Assembly (NCBI RefSeq): GCF_009914755.1
Contig: NC_060940.1
Reading direction: 5' to 3' (one strand)
Source: the human T2T-CHM13v2.0 reference genome, Homo sapiens
Length of the DNA: 64,000 nt
This document shows positions 1 to 14,795 of the stretch, one piece after another (the stretch's first letter is position 1; the number at the start of each line of letters is the position of its first letter). The position numbers and the translations under genes were made by a program. The notes under the pieces are model-generated. The model was not told the DNA's origin, did not search any database, and saw only the letters and a list, made by a program, of their open reading frames with translations.

Positions 1-220
1 TGGGTGACTTCGGGCAAATTATTTAACCTCTTGGGGCCTCAGCTGATTCATCTGGAAAATTGATATGATGGTATTTCTTTCACAGTGAGGGGTGAATATG
101 ATAATGCGTTTAAGTGGAGCACACAAGTGTTAGCAGTTGTCAGGTTACCGTTTGAAGCTGGAGGTGCCCCCAGACCAGCCACATGCCCTGTACTCTCCCT
201 TTCCCCTCCCAGGAGCTTAC

Positions 221-345
221 CGGGCCTTGTCATATGCGCCTCCCATGAGGATGTTCTCCCTGATGTTCCCGCTGACGATCCAGGCCTGCTGGGGGACATA
301 GGCCAGGCTTCCCTGCACCCCCACCGAGCCCTCGAGCAAGTGCAT
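221..345 (-). CDS. ABCC11: ABCC11 coding exon 12 (c.1681-1805), NBD1: [42 protein letters not shown]; gene continues off the left edge
   Basis: gcag|ATG CAC acceptor and GCC CG|gtaagc donor on the minus strand; ABC-C Q-loop motif AYVPQQAW; in frame with the preceding exon. Confidence 0.97.
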
Positions 346-526
346 CTGCGGCAGAATGAGTCCAGCCTCAGGACCAATTGGGCCAAGGGACAGAGCCTGC
401 CTGGCTCAGCAGGCACAGTGCCCAGGGCCCCACTGCCCTCCAGGACCTTGGGGGCTCTCCTAGGTAAAAGGGACTTTTAATGTGGCCCTACCAGGCCCAC
501 CAGCGAGTTCCAGGGACCGGCCATGA

Positions 527-901
<375 letters not shown>

Positions 902-1764
902 ACGTTTTTTCCTCTTATTTGTCCCAGCCCCATTCCCTGGCAGCCAGTGCCTCCATGGTCTTCACCATGCACACCAAAAGTTCCAGGCTATCTCTGAGCA
1001 TGCCTGGGTATTATGGAATTATTATTGTTAGGTAGGATAATGTTATCATGGTTAGGCAGAAAAATGTTCTTACTTTTGGACATCACGATGAAGTATTTAG
1101 AATGGAAAGTGTTATAACCTCTGTAATTTAAAGTATTCTACAAAATATATGTCTATATAGTAAGGTAAATATGCAAAAACTATCAACTGCTGCATCTAGA
1201 TGGTGGGTATATGGATCCCTGCTGTAGTGTTCTTCCTGTTTTTCTGCCTAAGTTCAAAACAACACGTTAAAAACAAATAGAGATAGACACTCATCCCCAG
1301 CACCCTGACTTGGGACCTCATCATTCTTAATCCTTTCTCTTTTATACCCTAAAATGTTTACTTCTAGTTTGGAGCCAAGCTTTAATGAATAAGAACAAAA
1401 CTTTAAAATGGCATCTCTGTCTTCCTTTATTAGAAGGAAAGTGACAGGCTCATTTACATAGGAAACTGACAAACCACTGGGCACGTAGGAGGTGGTCTTG
1501 CCTGGAGGCTGCCAGGCAATGCTGCTGTGATGTAGAACAGAGCTCTGACCTCAGGTGGACCTGGGACTCAGCCCTGGCTCACCCCTTACCTGCTGTATGA
1601 CCTTGGATGAGTCACCTCTCAGAACCTCACGTACTCATCTGTAAATGGGTCATCGTGAGTATGCCTTTGTCATGGGAGGTTACCAGAGTTAAAGGGGAAA
1701 ATGGAAAGCTCTTTGCACAGGACTTCGCATGTAAGTACTGAAGCTAGTTTTACAATTTTTTTTA

Positions 1765-2545
<781 letters not shown>

Positions 2546-3232
2546 AAACTGGAGAAAGGGTGTGTGAGCCACACATCCACATGGCAGCAGACCTCAAACT
2601 CGTCCACAGGGGATGGAATGGGGGGTTCAAATCTCAAGGGCAAGGGCACCCAGCAGGCATAGGTACCCCACTGCCAGAGTACGAGTAAGACTGCCCCATC
2701 CCATCCAGCAGGGCTCCTCTCCCCAGCCTTCCTTCCTTCTTTCTCCCTGTTTCTCCCCCCACATTTCTCTTCCGACGCCATCCTAAAAGGCACATACATC
2801 CCACTCCTCAATGTTATGAGTCTGGCTTTACAAAATGATTTTTATGCTCTTTTTTTTTTATAGGGACCATTGCAAGAGGGTATTGCAGTGTGGAAGAGAG
2901 ACTAGACTCAACTCTCTGTGAAATAATTTGTATGATCATATTAACTTTGTGTTAATATCCTGTATCCTCACAGAGCACAGGTGAGGACAGGTCTCCAGGT
3001 GACATAAGAGGCAGCTTGCACCAGGAGCGCTGCCACAAGGTGAAGAGAGAGGGCCACCTTGATCACGCACCTCCCGCACAGTGCAAGCACAACCATTTTT
3101 GATTTATAAAAATCCCACTTGCTCAGACCCCTGTGAGGAAGAAAGCAGTGGGGGGCCCCGCCTGGGGCACTGGAGCTTGGGAGGGCCTGGACTGCCTGCA
3201 GACAGGCAAGCATGTGGCCACAGATCACTTAC

Positions 3233-3304
3233 CTCCTCCAGGATGGCTGACAACAGGCTGCTCTTACCACTCCCCGTGTTGCCGCAGACCCCTAACATCA
3301 TCCC
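3233..3304 (-). CDS. ABCC11: ABCC11 coding exon 11 (c.1609-1680), Walker A: [24 protein letters not shown]
   Basis: gcag|GGG ... GAG|gtaagt; 72 nt; Walker A GxxGxGKS; codon 546 is ACG (Thr). Confidence 0.98.
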
Positions 3305-4128
3305 CTGCAAGCCAAGGAGGACATACAAGTGTTGGGACAGCATAGCCCTGGCATACCCACCTGCCCATGGCGGCTCAACTGTTTAGAACCCAAAACAACA
3401 CACAGAAAACAAAATAACCACACAGAGCCCAAGACTCCTCAGACAGGCAAAGCTCAAGAGGAGCTTTGTGCTCAGTCCCTGGAGGCAGGTGGGGTGACCC
3501 GAGAGGAAGGAGATCACAAGGGAAAGGCAGAGGGGAATTCAGGGGTAGGTGGCAAGAACCCTGAATTCCAGATTTGTGTCTATTCTATGCAGCAATCCTG
3601 GGAAAGCCACTTAGCCTCTCTGGGCCTCAGTTTCTCCATTTGTGAAATGGGAATAAAGAAGCCAGCCTCACAGAATTTCATGCATGCATGCATGCATTCA
3701 TTTATTGAAGCATTCATTCACCCATCAAATAGTGATCTGAGTTTCCTCTATGGACCTAGTAATGAAGAAAAGACCTCACATTGAGCTCAGAATATAAGCT
3801 GAGGGGATGGGAAGACAGAGAGACTACATAAATAAATAAATATCAGATGGAGATAAGTGATATGAGTAAAATGAAGTTGACTCTTATGACAGACAGAAAG
3901 TTGGGGGTTGAGGCAATTTTAGATGGGTCAGCCAGGGAAGGCTTCTACAGAGCAGGTGTCATTGCTGCCCAAGAGCTGTGAGAACACTGGTGGGAAAGAG
4001 TTCAGAGGTACAGGTACAGATTTGGAGGAACCCGGGCTCTAAGGGCAGTGAAAAGTCACTGAAGGGTTTAAGGAGAGTGACTTGCATTGGCTTATGTTTT
4101 AGAAAGATCCCTCTGTCATGGTATAATG

Positions 4129-4468
4129 CAGCTGCCCCCAATCTTTTTGGCACCAGGGACCAGTTTCATGGAAGACAATTTTTCCACCAACTGAGGGATG
4201 GCAGGGGATTGGTTTCAGGATGAAACTGTTCCACCTCAGATCATCAGGCAAGATTCTCATAAGGAGTGTGCAACCTGGATCCCTCTCATGCACACTTCAC
4301 AATAAGATTCGCTCTCCTATGAGAATCCAATGCTGCCGCTGATCTGACAAGAGGCGGAGCTCAGGCGGTGATGCTCACTGGCCTGCTGCTCACCTCCTGC
4401 TGTGCGGCCTGGTTTCTAACAGGCTGTGGACCAGTGCAGGTCTACCGCCCAGGTGTCGGGGTCCCCTG
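4129..4468 (+). mobile_element. MER1B-type hAT-Charlie MITE
   Basis: ~340 bp with CAG...CTG termini; perfect 8-bp TSD gtataatg at 4121-4128 and 4469-4476. Confidence 0.85.
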
Positions 4469-4476
4469 GTATAATG

Positions 4477-4673
4477 GATTTTGGAGGGTCAGAGAGACAG
4501 AGGATGGGAGTGGGGCGAGAGATACAAACTACCTATTGGGTACAATGCACTCTATCGGGTCACGGGTGCACTAAAATCTCGACTTCACCACAATACAACT
4601 CCTCCGTCTAACCAAAACCCACTCGTACCCCAAAAGCTATTGAAATAAAAAATATATATTAATTATTTAAAAA
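4477..4673 (+). mobile_element. L1 3'-end fragment (L1PB/L1MA-like) inserted in an L2 relic
   Basis: ctacctattgggtacaatg...gctattgaaataaaa 3'UTR; degenerate TSD agaaagatccctctgtc / aggaaaatccctctgtc. Confidence 0.75.
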
Positions 4674-5755
4674 AGGAAAATCCCTCTGTCTGCTGTATGG
4701 TAGAAGGCTCATAAGAAGGCGAAAGTGGGAGCAGAGAGGTGGATGAGGAGGTTCTGGGAGCGGCGTGACAGTGGCAGGGATAGGGCAGTGGAGGGGCTAT
4801 GGTGAGGGTGGCAGGTTTGGGGCAGATGTGGAAGTCAAGCTGACAGGCCTTGCTGGTGGATTGGATTCGAGGGAGGGAAGGAAAGGAATCAAGTGTGACT
4901 TCCAGGTCCTCAACCACTGGAAGGATGATGGTGCCATCTCCCAGGAAACGGAAGATTTGGGGAACTCGTCAAAGGGGGTGAATATCAAAACCTTATTTCA
5001 TTTTAAATGCTTGATGGACATTTAAGAGAGATATTAAATAGGCAGTTGAGTCTGGAGTCCAGAAGATACTTCAAGGCTAGAGATAATAGCACAGAGATAG
5101 AATTTAAAACCGCAGGGCTAGAGATGATCACCAAGGAAGAAAGTATAAATAGATAAGAGACAGTAGATATTAGATATTAACACCTATTACTACTAGATAT
5201 TATCTATTTTTTAGACATTTATCATTATATATAGATCAATATCTATATCTATTCTATATCAATTATTATAAGGTATCAATATCTACATTAATAGATAACA
5301 GAGAAGAAAAGAGGAGGGGCGAAGAGGAGACAGCAGGAAGCTAATTTTTGTAAACATTAGGCAGAGAAAGAACCAGATAAGGTGAGTTCACAGAATAACC
5401 AAATTCAAACACAGGATAGTGCTTGGCACATACGAGGAATGTAATAAATGTTAGCTGGGTCTCCTTTCCCTTCTCCTTTCTGTGTCCTTAGTTCTTCCAA
5501 GGACAAGCACACAGTACTCTCATATTATTTTGGGTCTTACCTAAGCCAAAAAAATTTTAAATGATAGATTAATTCACATTAAAAAATGAACGATATCCTG
5601 TGTTTGCCCTCCATGAAAAATTTGAATTTTAAGGGGAGAGATCTTGGAGAGGGCAGTTTTTAACCAAGGAAATGGTGGGGCACCTGGCCAAGCTCCTAGC
5701 CTCAGGTCCTGAGAGCCTGGCAGCTGGCCTGCCTGCGTGGCCTGAACAAGGCTAC

Positions 5756-6007
5756 CTTGGACACCACCAGGTTGATCTTGTGCAACTCTGGGCCCAGGCT
5801 GTTCCCTTCTTCCTCTGGCCCGAGGGCATCTCTAGGCCTGGTCATCCCCTCAGAAGCATGCCCGTTCCTCTCCAGCTCCAGTGCCCCATTGACGATCCCG
5901 GGACAGGTCTGTTGCCATGACAAGGTGGCCTCCTCAAAGACCAGAGCTTTGCTGGGGTCTTGTAATGTCTGGACATAGAAAACAGGGCTCTCCTGGAGGA
6001 AAAACTT
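5756..6007 (-). CDS. ABCC11: ABCC11 coding exon 10 (c.1357-1608): [11 protein letters not shown]...[11 protein letters not shown]
   Basis: tacag|AAG ... AAG|gtagcc; 252 nt, phase 0-0; matches ORF 5702..5923. Confidence 0.97.
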
Positions 6008-7134
6008 CTGTAAAGACAGAAAAAAATAGAGGGAGGAGGAATACAGTTCTTTAGTTCAGCAGGAATGTGTTCCCAGTTTTACAAGTCTGCCAGTTGGTAT
6101 GGTTTTGTGAATTTCTAATAAGCAGTAAAAGTTTGCAGAAGTACCACCAGTTAGGAAAGGCCAGTTTCTGTGGGTGAAAATTCCAGGTCAGTGTTTTCCA
6201 AATTTCAGACCACCGGGCCACTCTTCCATATTTGCAAACACTGCACTGTCAACTGCAACTCTGCGCTCAGGAGGTTGACTAAGGCCTAACCTACATTAGC
6301 CTCATCCCAAGTGATGATAGCCATTGACTCATAGGATTGATGTTTTTCCAATTAAATTCTATTTAGATTGGGCTGGACATAATGGCTCATGTCTGTAATC
6401 CTAGCACTTTGGGAGGCCAAGTCGGGGGATTGCTTAAGCTTGGGAGTTTAAGACCAGCCTGGGGACCATAGTGAGACTTCCATCTCTTTAAAAAAAAAAA
6501 AATCTACTTGTAGCTATTGAAAATAAAAAGCTCTGTCCGTGTCCCACACTGGGGAAAGGTCATTTGGGGTCATACATTTCAAAAGGTGATCATCAGCAGG
6601 TCAATTCTCTCTGCATCTCCAGCTCCCTGTCTATAAAGCACAAGGGTTGAACTACATAAATTCAAGCAATTAAAAGAATGGAGGGGAGTATGATCCTATG
6701 GAAGTCAGGTTACATTCACATATCCCTACCTGGAGATATGCTTAAGAGATCTAGAAGGATGCTTCCTGACATTTTGGACTCTCTTACCCATCCTTCTGAG
6801 CTCAGATTGTGGCTTCCTCATCTCTGCCCCCTCCACAGGTGAAAACAGGCACAGAAGGGGAGAATGAATGGGTGAACCCAGTGTCCCATGGGAAGGAAGG
6901 CAGCAGTAGGAGCCTTCTCATAGCTGCTGAGAAGTCAGGGAAGCGCACTGGGCTGGTGATAAGCAAAGCACTGTTTGTGTTACTCAGAGCAGCCAAGCTC
7001 ATTCCAGCCTCAGGGCTTTCACACTTGCTGTTTCCTCAGCCTGGTCATCATCACTCAAAGTCATCTTCGCAGGGGCCTTCCCTAACCAGGCTCTTCCTAG
7101 GAACCCCCAGCCCTCCCCAACTTACTCCCTAGAA

Positions 7135-7355
7135 CAGGCGTGTCCAATCCCTTGGCTTCCCTGGGGCACACTGGAAGAACTGTCTTGGGCCACACAGAAA
7201 ATACACTAACACCAATGATAGCTAATGAGCTAAGAAAAAAAACAGCAAAAATAAAAATCACCTAATGTTTTAAGAAAGTTTACAAATTTGTGTTGGGCCA
7301 CATTCAAAGCCATCCTGGGCCGCATGCGACCTGTGACCCAGGTTGGACAAGCTTG
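7135..7355 (+). mobile_element. MER30 hAT MITE
   Basis: CAGGCGTGTCCAA...TTGGACAAGCTTG termini; degenerate 8-bp TSD ccctagaa/ctctagga. Confidence 0.85.
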
Positions 7356-8250
7356 CTCTAGGACATCACATTGTTTTATTGGCATCATGGCTCTTCATGT
7401 GATCTGATCTAATCCTCTTTGATCATTAATTTACTTGTTAATTGTCTGTTTCCAATACCAAATCAGAACTCCCTGACAGCAGGGACCCCTGTTCAATACA
7501 GTATTCTCAGTGCCTGGCTTGTGGTAGGAGCTCAATAAATATTTTTTGCATTAATGAGTGAATGAGTGATAATAGGTCGTGGACTGCATGTATGTAAAAG
7601 TGGAGTGACTACAAAATGACTTTTAAGAATTGGTTTAGATTAGGGTTTTCAAACTCAGATGCCAGCTATGTAAATAAGTGAAGTGGACCATTTTTAAGAT
7701 GATAAATGGTAAGTAAAATGCAGCTCCAGGCCTGGAGGTGCAATAGGGTATGGTAGAGACTGCAGCAAACTGCAGCTAAATGCCTCCATCTAAACAAGGC
7801 AGGTATTGCCTCAACTCCAGCGGCTTGTGGCCATGGTAGAATGTGGTCCAGGGTCACTAGACCTTCTAATCATTCAAGAGAATTCAAAAATCTGGGTTTT
7901 CACATAAAATGTCCAAGTTTTTCAATGCAAGCAACATCTATGGTGTTTTTCTAAAACAAAACTATCTATTGGGGTAACTCTATGCAAACCTGGATAAAGT
8001 CTGCAGAGCATCTGTCTGAGACCTGGTTTGGACACACTATCCTAAGATCTTCTTGGGGACTGAGACCTGACCCGATTCATCTGTCTTCCCAGGCTCCACA
8101 CCAGCCTTGGAACAGGAGGTCACTGAGTTAGCTAATCCCTCTCTCGACCTAGGCCTTGGCCAGGGGACGTGTTCTGGAGGAACATCATGGGGGCTGAAGG
8201 CAGAGGAGCGTCCAAGCAGGGGGCCTACAGCCAGTCCCCTGATGACCTAC

Positions 8251-8358
8251 CTTGAACCTCATCACTGCAGACTTGGAATTCGTGAGACCTTTGACTGCAA
8301 TAGGCACAAAGAACACTGACAGCCGAAGGAGATTCAAGGAGGCCAGCATGCTGAAGGC
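8251..8358 (-). CDS. ABCC11: ABCC11 coding exon 9 (c.1249-1356): [36 protein letters not shown]
   Basis: ccag|GCC ... AAG|gtaggt; 108 nt. Confidence 0.97.
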
Positions 8359-9688
8359 CTGGATAAGAAGGGGAGGAGGTGGTGAGGGTCGTGGCCCTTC
8401 CTGCTTCCTCCATTCCCTGTCACCCGCATCCCTGAGCCACATCCTCAGCATCCAACAAGCAGTTGCTTCATCCAACAGAGGCTAAGCTAGTGTTTGGAGG
8501 AGACTGGAAAAAGCTGGGGAAAGAGCACTCGTCCTGGAGTCTTAGAGTCAAAGGCCTAGTCCCTGTTGCAGCTTAGCCACTGACATCTCTAGCTTTGGGC
8601 AGGTTGCCCCTACCACAGCCCAGTTTCCCCATTGGCATAGTGAGAAAAATCATAAAGTGTATACAGGAATAAAGTTGGGAAAAAACAAGAAAATTCATGT
8701 GAGTGAGCATTGCTTCCTTTCAATGTAGCTTGGTGCTATTCTTGCTGTCAAGGTCCTATTTCTTCTTCTTTGCCTTAGATGTTTGTTTTCTTTCTAACAT
8801 TCAACATCTCCTTACCCTTCATGCCTAACCCATGCTGCACTGTGACTATAGCAAAACACCTTAGGCTCTCAGGACCCAGAAGGTGCCCTCCTGGAGGTGC
8901 CGAAAGAACCTTCCAATCCATACCCATCTCTCCTTCTTTCTTCTCCTGGCTTCATCCAAAAATGAACTCCAATGGAGCAGGAATGCCTTCGTCTAGACCT
9001 GCCTTGTGTCATCTCAGTGTGAGCCTCAAGTACCTCTGAAAGTATTCCTTCTATAGCGCCCCCAACACCCTCAGACTTCTCGGGGGTGTTTTCCTGGTGC
9101 ATGCCTGAGCCAAGCAGAGGGGCCAGCCATCTGGGGCACACACAACCCCTTGGCTGCAGACTCTCAAATGCTTCCCTTCTTGCTCTGGGTGCTGCCTCCT
9201 GGCCTCCCCAGTTGGATTACCACCCCTCCAAGAGCAGCACCCTGTCTTATTCTGCTCAAAGAGCAGGGATTCCTAACACTGAAAGGCAGCTGCCACTTCT
9301 CAGGGCCAGGTTCCGACCACGAAGGGAAGGACTGAAGACGCTATACCTTTGTATTTAAAGTGCACTCCCAGGGCCCTTATTTAGGGATTAGAGGAACTCC
9401 ACAACCTCAAGGTGTTATTCAAATTGTCAGAATTTTAACTACAAGTACCACCTCCCCCACACCCCCGATGGTTCTGCTGTCCAGCCCGCCCACAGGGCTA
9501 TCCAAGATGTCACTTTTTCAGATGGGTTGAGATGGAAGACAGCACTGTACTTTTGTCTGGAAAATCAAAATCAACATATAATGTCCATTTACAAAGCCTT
9601 CAGACCTTTGAGGGGCATGGCTAAAAAAGGACACGTGAGAAAATTCCCAATCATGATGGGGAGAAAACAAAGCCCCCCAAACCCTTAC

Positions 9689-9837
9689 CATTGACGCTGT
9701 GAGTTTCAGCTTTAAGGATGTGTGGATGAGAACCCAGACCGCTGTGGCCACTGTGGGGATGATGAACAAGGTTATACTTGTCAGGCTCTGGACAAGCCCG
9801 CACTTCTCCAATAGTTTCCTTTCCTTCCTTCTTAGGT
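9689..9837 (-). CDS. ABCC11: ABCC11 coding exon 8 (c.1100-1248): (D)[13 protein letters not shown]...KLKLTASM
   Basis: ccag|AC CTA ... ATG|gtaagg; 149 nt, phase 1-0. Confidence 0.97.
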
Positions 9838-10004
9838 CTGGGAAATAAAAAAGAAATACACCAAAGATAACCACAAGAACATTCTCCAAAGAGCACAGCA
9901 CCATCCCCAAAGCATTAAAAAGAAAAAAAATCCTCAAGAGGTGAGAGGGGCTCGGCTTACCATGCCATCACCAGGTTTGGAGCAGAAAGTCAGACTTTCC
10001 ATAC

Positions 10005-10152
10005 CTTCAATGATTTTTGCAAATGGTTTCTCCCATGTGTACATTTTAATCAGCTTAATGCAAGTGAGAACTTCACTGGTCACACGGATGCGCTGGTCGC
10101 TGACCTCAGATGTGTGATGCTGAGCCTTCACAGCCATTCTTGTCATGAATAC
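10005..10152 (-). CDS. ABCC11: ABCC11 coding exon 7 (c.952-1099): [11 protein letters not shown]...[14 protein letters not shown]
   Basis: ccag|GTA ... GAA G|gtatgg; ABC-C motif [10 protein letters not shown]. Confidence 0.97.
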
Positions 10153-10921
10153 CTGGAGTCAGGATACAGCAAGTTTGGAGTTGATCTGCAAGGGCTTCCT
10201 TTGACAAGGGCAGGAGAGTTCAGCCTGGCATAAGTAGGGCAACTGGGTGTATTTCCAAAGAGAGGTTTTCCAATCAAAGCTCTCCAGGCCACTATGCCTT
10301 AGAGCATCCCAGGGGCCTTTCTTTCCTGAGTCCCAAGCCAGGCTATGGCTACTTAGACAGAAACTAAACCGAAATGGTTCCTCTGTCTTCTGGAACCCTA
10401 AACCCTCTAATAATTAAAATCATCTTTCCATCAGAGTGACTGCACTCAGGAAAACACTCAATTTCAATAATTCAGAGCACACATAATCCAAGAATCATTT
10501 CTGTTTTCTCAATTTTATTTCACCTGAATCTTTGGCAACAAATATGCTTCCCTTTCCCCATTATACTGTGCTCAGACAAATGTTAAATGCTGGCTGTGTT
10601 ATTACATCAGCACATTCTGGGGAGAAGAGACGGAACAAAAATCTCGCACAGAGATTATCTACAAAGGAAAGTTGTCGAAGCAGATAATCTCCCATAGAAA
10701 GCTACGAGGTAGACTTTGCACATCACATTCACCTCTTATTTACTTCTTAACCGAATGTTGTGGCCAGAGAATAGTTTGAAGTAGGGAGTGGAGCTGAATC
10801 TTAACCACAATGGATTGAAAGGTCAACAAGAATCAATGTTCTCACTCAGAGCTATCCCAGATTCCAGAGCCCTGGGACTTCTGGGGCCCAGCATCAAATG
10901 GGTGACAGAGAAAGACATTAC

Positions 10922-11095
10922 CGCCAGTGGGAAAACCAGGAGATAGCATAAGATGGCAATAAATGCAGTGTATCCAATAATGAAGTAGGAAGAAATGCTG
11001 CAGATGACCAGCGATGCGCAGGTGATCAGTACTAGGGGTCCATAGCACACCCCTTCAAACAGGTAGTTTACATCACCGGTGAAGAAGCTGATGGC
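10922..11095 (-). CDS. ABCC11: ABCC11 coding exon 6 (c.778-951): [13 protein letters not shown]...LLVFPLA
   Basis: tgcag|GCC ... GCG|gtaatg; 174 nt; hydrophobic TM segments. Confidence 0.97.
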
Positions 11096-11447
11096 CTGCA
11101 AGACAGCAAGTTGATGGGCACAGATGTCACCTCCCTGGGTACACAGAAGGGGTGGCAGGTGGCCTCCCCATGCCCTCTCCTAGCAGGAAGGCTTGAAAGG
11201 AAGGGTGGAAGAGTAGAGACAGACACCCCAGGTTCACATCTTTCTTCTCTCTGGCTGTGTGACTCTCAACAAGTTACTTTACCACTCTGAGCCTCAGCTT
11301 CTCCATCTGTAAAGCTGGAATAATTATACTTACTTTATATGGGTTTTGTGAGATTTCAATAACATAGAAAGTGTCTGCACACATAGAATGTGCTCAATAA
11401 AAGGGATATTTTACTACGATTAATACTACTACTATTACTACTGCTAC

Positions 11448-11968
11448 TGAAACCATGACCCAAAGAGTTAAAGAAACCAGTAACTAACAGAAATTCTTGA
11501 GTTTGTAGGATAGCAGTTACAGAAAGAAACAACTTGCTGAAAGTCCCTCTGCTTTTAAGATAACAGAACTGGCTAAAATCGGTGGAACCAGTATGGCTAA
11601 CTAGAGTCTGTACAGAACCAGCTTGCTAACGTCACAGCCTAAATTTTCACCACATATTTCATACTAATTCCCTGTGAATTTGCAAATGGGACCCATGAAG
11701 AGACATGAAGAGATCACTGCATATACACAAGGGCTTTTCAGACCTCCCCTCTCATTCCACCAATCACCTACTAATCTCAGAATCCACCCCTTAAATCTTT
11801 CCTAATAAAATCACTGTCTTAAAGCAAGGACAAGGAGACAGATCTGGGCTGGACTCCTGTCTCCTTGTGAGCCAATTTGCAATAAAAAGCTTTTCTTTTC
11901 TCAAAAACCCAGTGTCAAAGTATTGGCTTCTAGCACATTAGGCAGTGAGCCCCTTTTGCTTGGTAACA
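11448..11968 (+). mobile_element. ERV1-class solo LTR (MER4-group-like; subfamily uncertain)
   Basis: TGA...AACA termini, 521 bp, internal AATAAA, 4-bp ctac/ccac flanks. Confidence 0.7.
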
Positions 11969-12150
11969 CCACTAATATCTATATTCCAGAGAATTGCTTC
12001 TATTCTTCACTCGATTCTATTCATTCTACTACTAATAATAATATTAATTAAATTTTCTCCTTTTTTTTCTTTTTTGTTATAGATTCTTCTGCCTACTTCC
12101 CTCCTCCCACATATACTGCCTGGCTCAACGCTATATAAAAAGTAACATTT

Positions 12151-13116
<966 letters not shown>

Positions 13117-13384
13117 GTCACCCCAGAAGTAGTAGGCAATCTTGGGTCCTAGAGCTAAACTGTCAGAGCTCATGCCCCAGACTTGTCATTTACTAGATGT
13201 GCAACCATAGACAAGTTACTCCACGTCTCTGTGCCTCTGTCACCTCATCAGTGAAATGGAAATAATAATACAACCTACTTTCTCATATTGATTTGAGAAC
13301 GGTGCTAGATAATGCATATATAGCACTTTATTCAGGCATGTCAAAAGTACTGTAATTATGATTCAGCATCACTGAATAAAATAA

Positions 13385-13706
13385 TGATATGGTTTGGCTG
13401 GGTTCCCACCCAAATCTCATCTTGAATTGTAGCTCCCACAATCACCATATGTTGTGGGAGGGACTATTCTCATGACAGTGACTAAGTCTCACAATATCTG
13501 ATGGTTTTATATGGGGGGAGTTTCCCTACACAAGCTCTCTCAGTCTCCCTTGTCTGCCACCATGTAAGATGTGCCTTTCACCTTCCGCCATGATTGTGAG
13601 GCCTCCCCAGCCACGTGGAACTGTGAGTCCACTAAGCCTCTTTTCCTTTATAAATTACCCAGTCTTGGGTATGTTTTTATCAGCAGCGTGAAAATGGACT
13701 AATACA
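13385..13706 (+). mobile_element. THE1/MST MaLR solo LTR
   Basis: TGATATGGTTTGGCTG...GACTAATACA termini; 5-bp TSD aataa. Confidence 0.9.
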
Positions 13707-13956
13707 AATAAGGACGATCTATGTGTGCTAACTGGAAAGCTCTGGAAAGCTCAGTCACAATAAGCAGGAGGGAAAGCTACAAAGCAACACAAAGATGTAG
13801 TATCATTGATGTAAAAAATCCCCCAAAAGCTATGTTCTACATTTTCTATTGGCAAAACCAAGAGGAGGACGCTATGTAAAACATAGTACCACTTACATAA
13901 AAATACACAAACACAAAATCCAATGTTTTTTATGGGTACCTTGCATGTGTACCTAA

Positions 13957-14795
<839 letters not shown>

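Noticed and set aside
5150-5300. AT-rich quasi-palindromic stretch (also ~43285-43350, and (TGCA)n at ~3680)
   Set aside because: Low-complexity sequence with no specific structure supported
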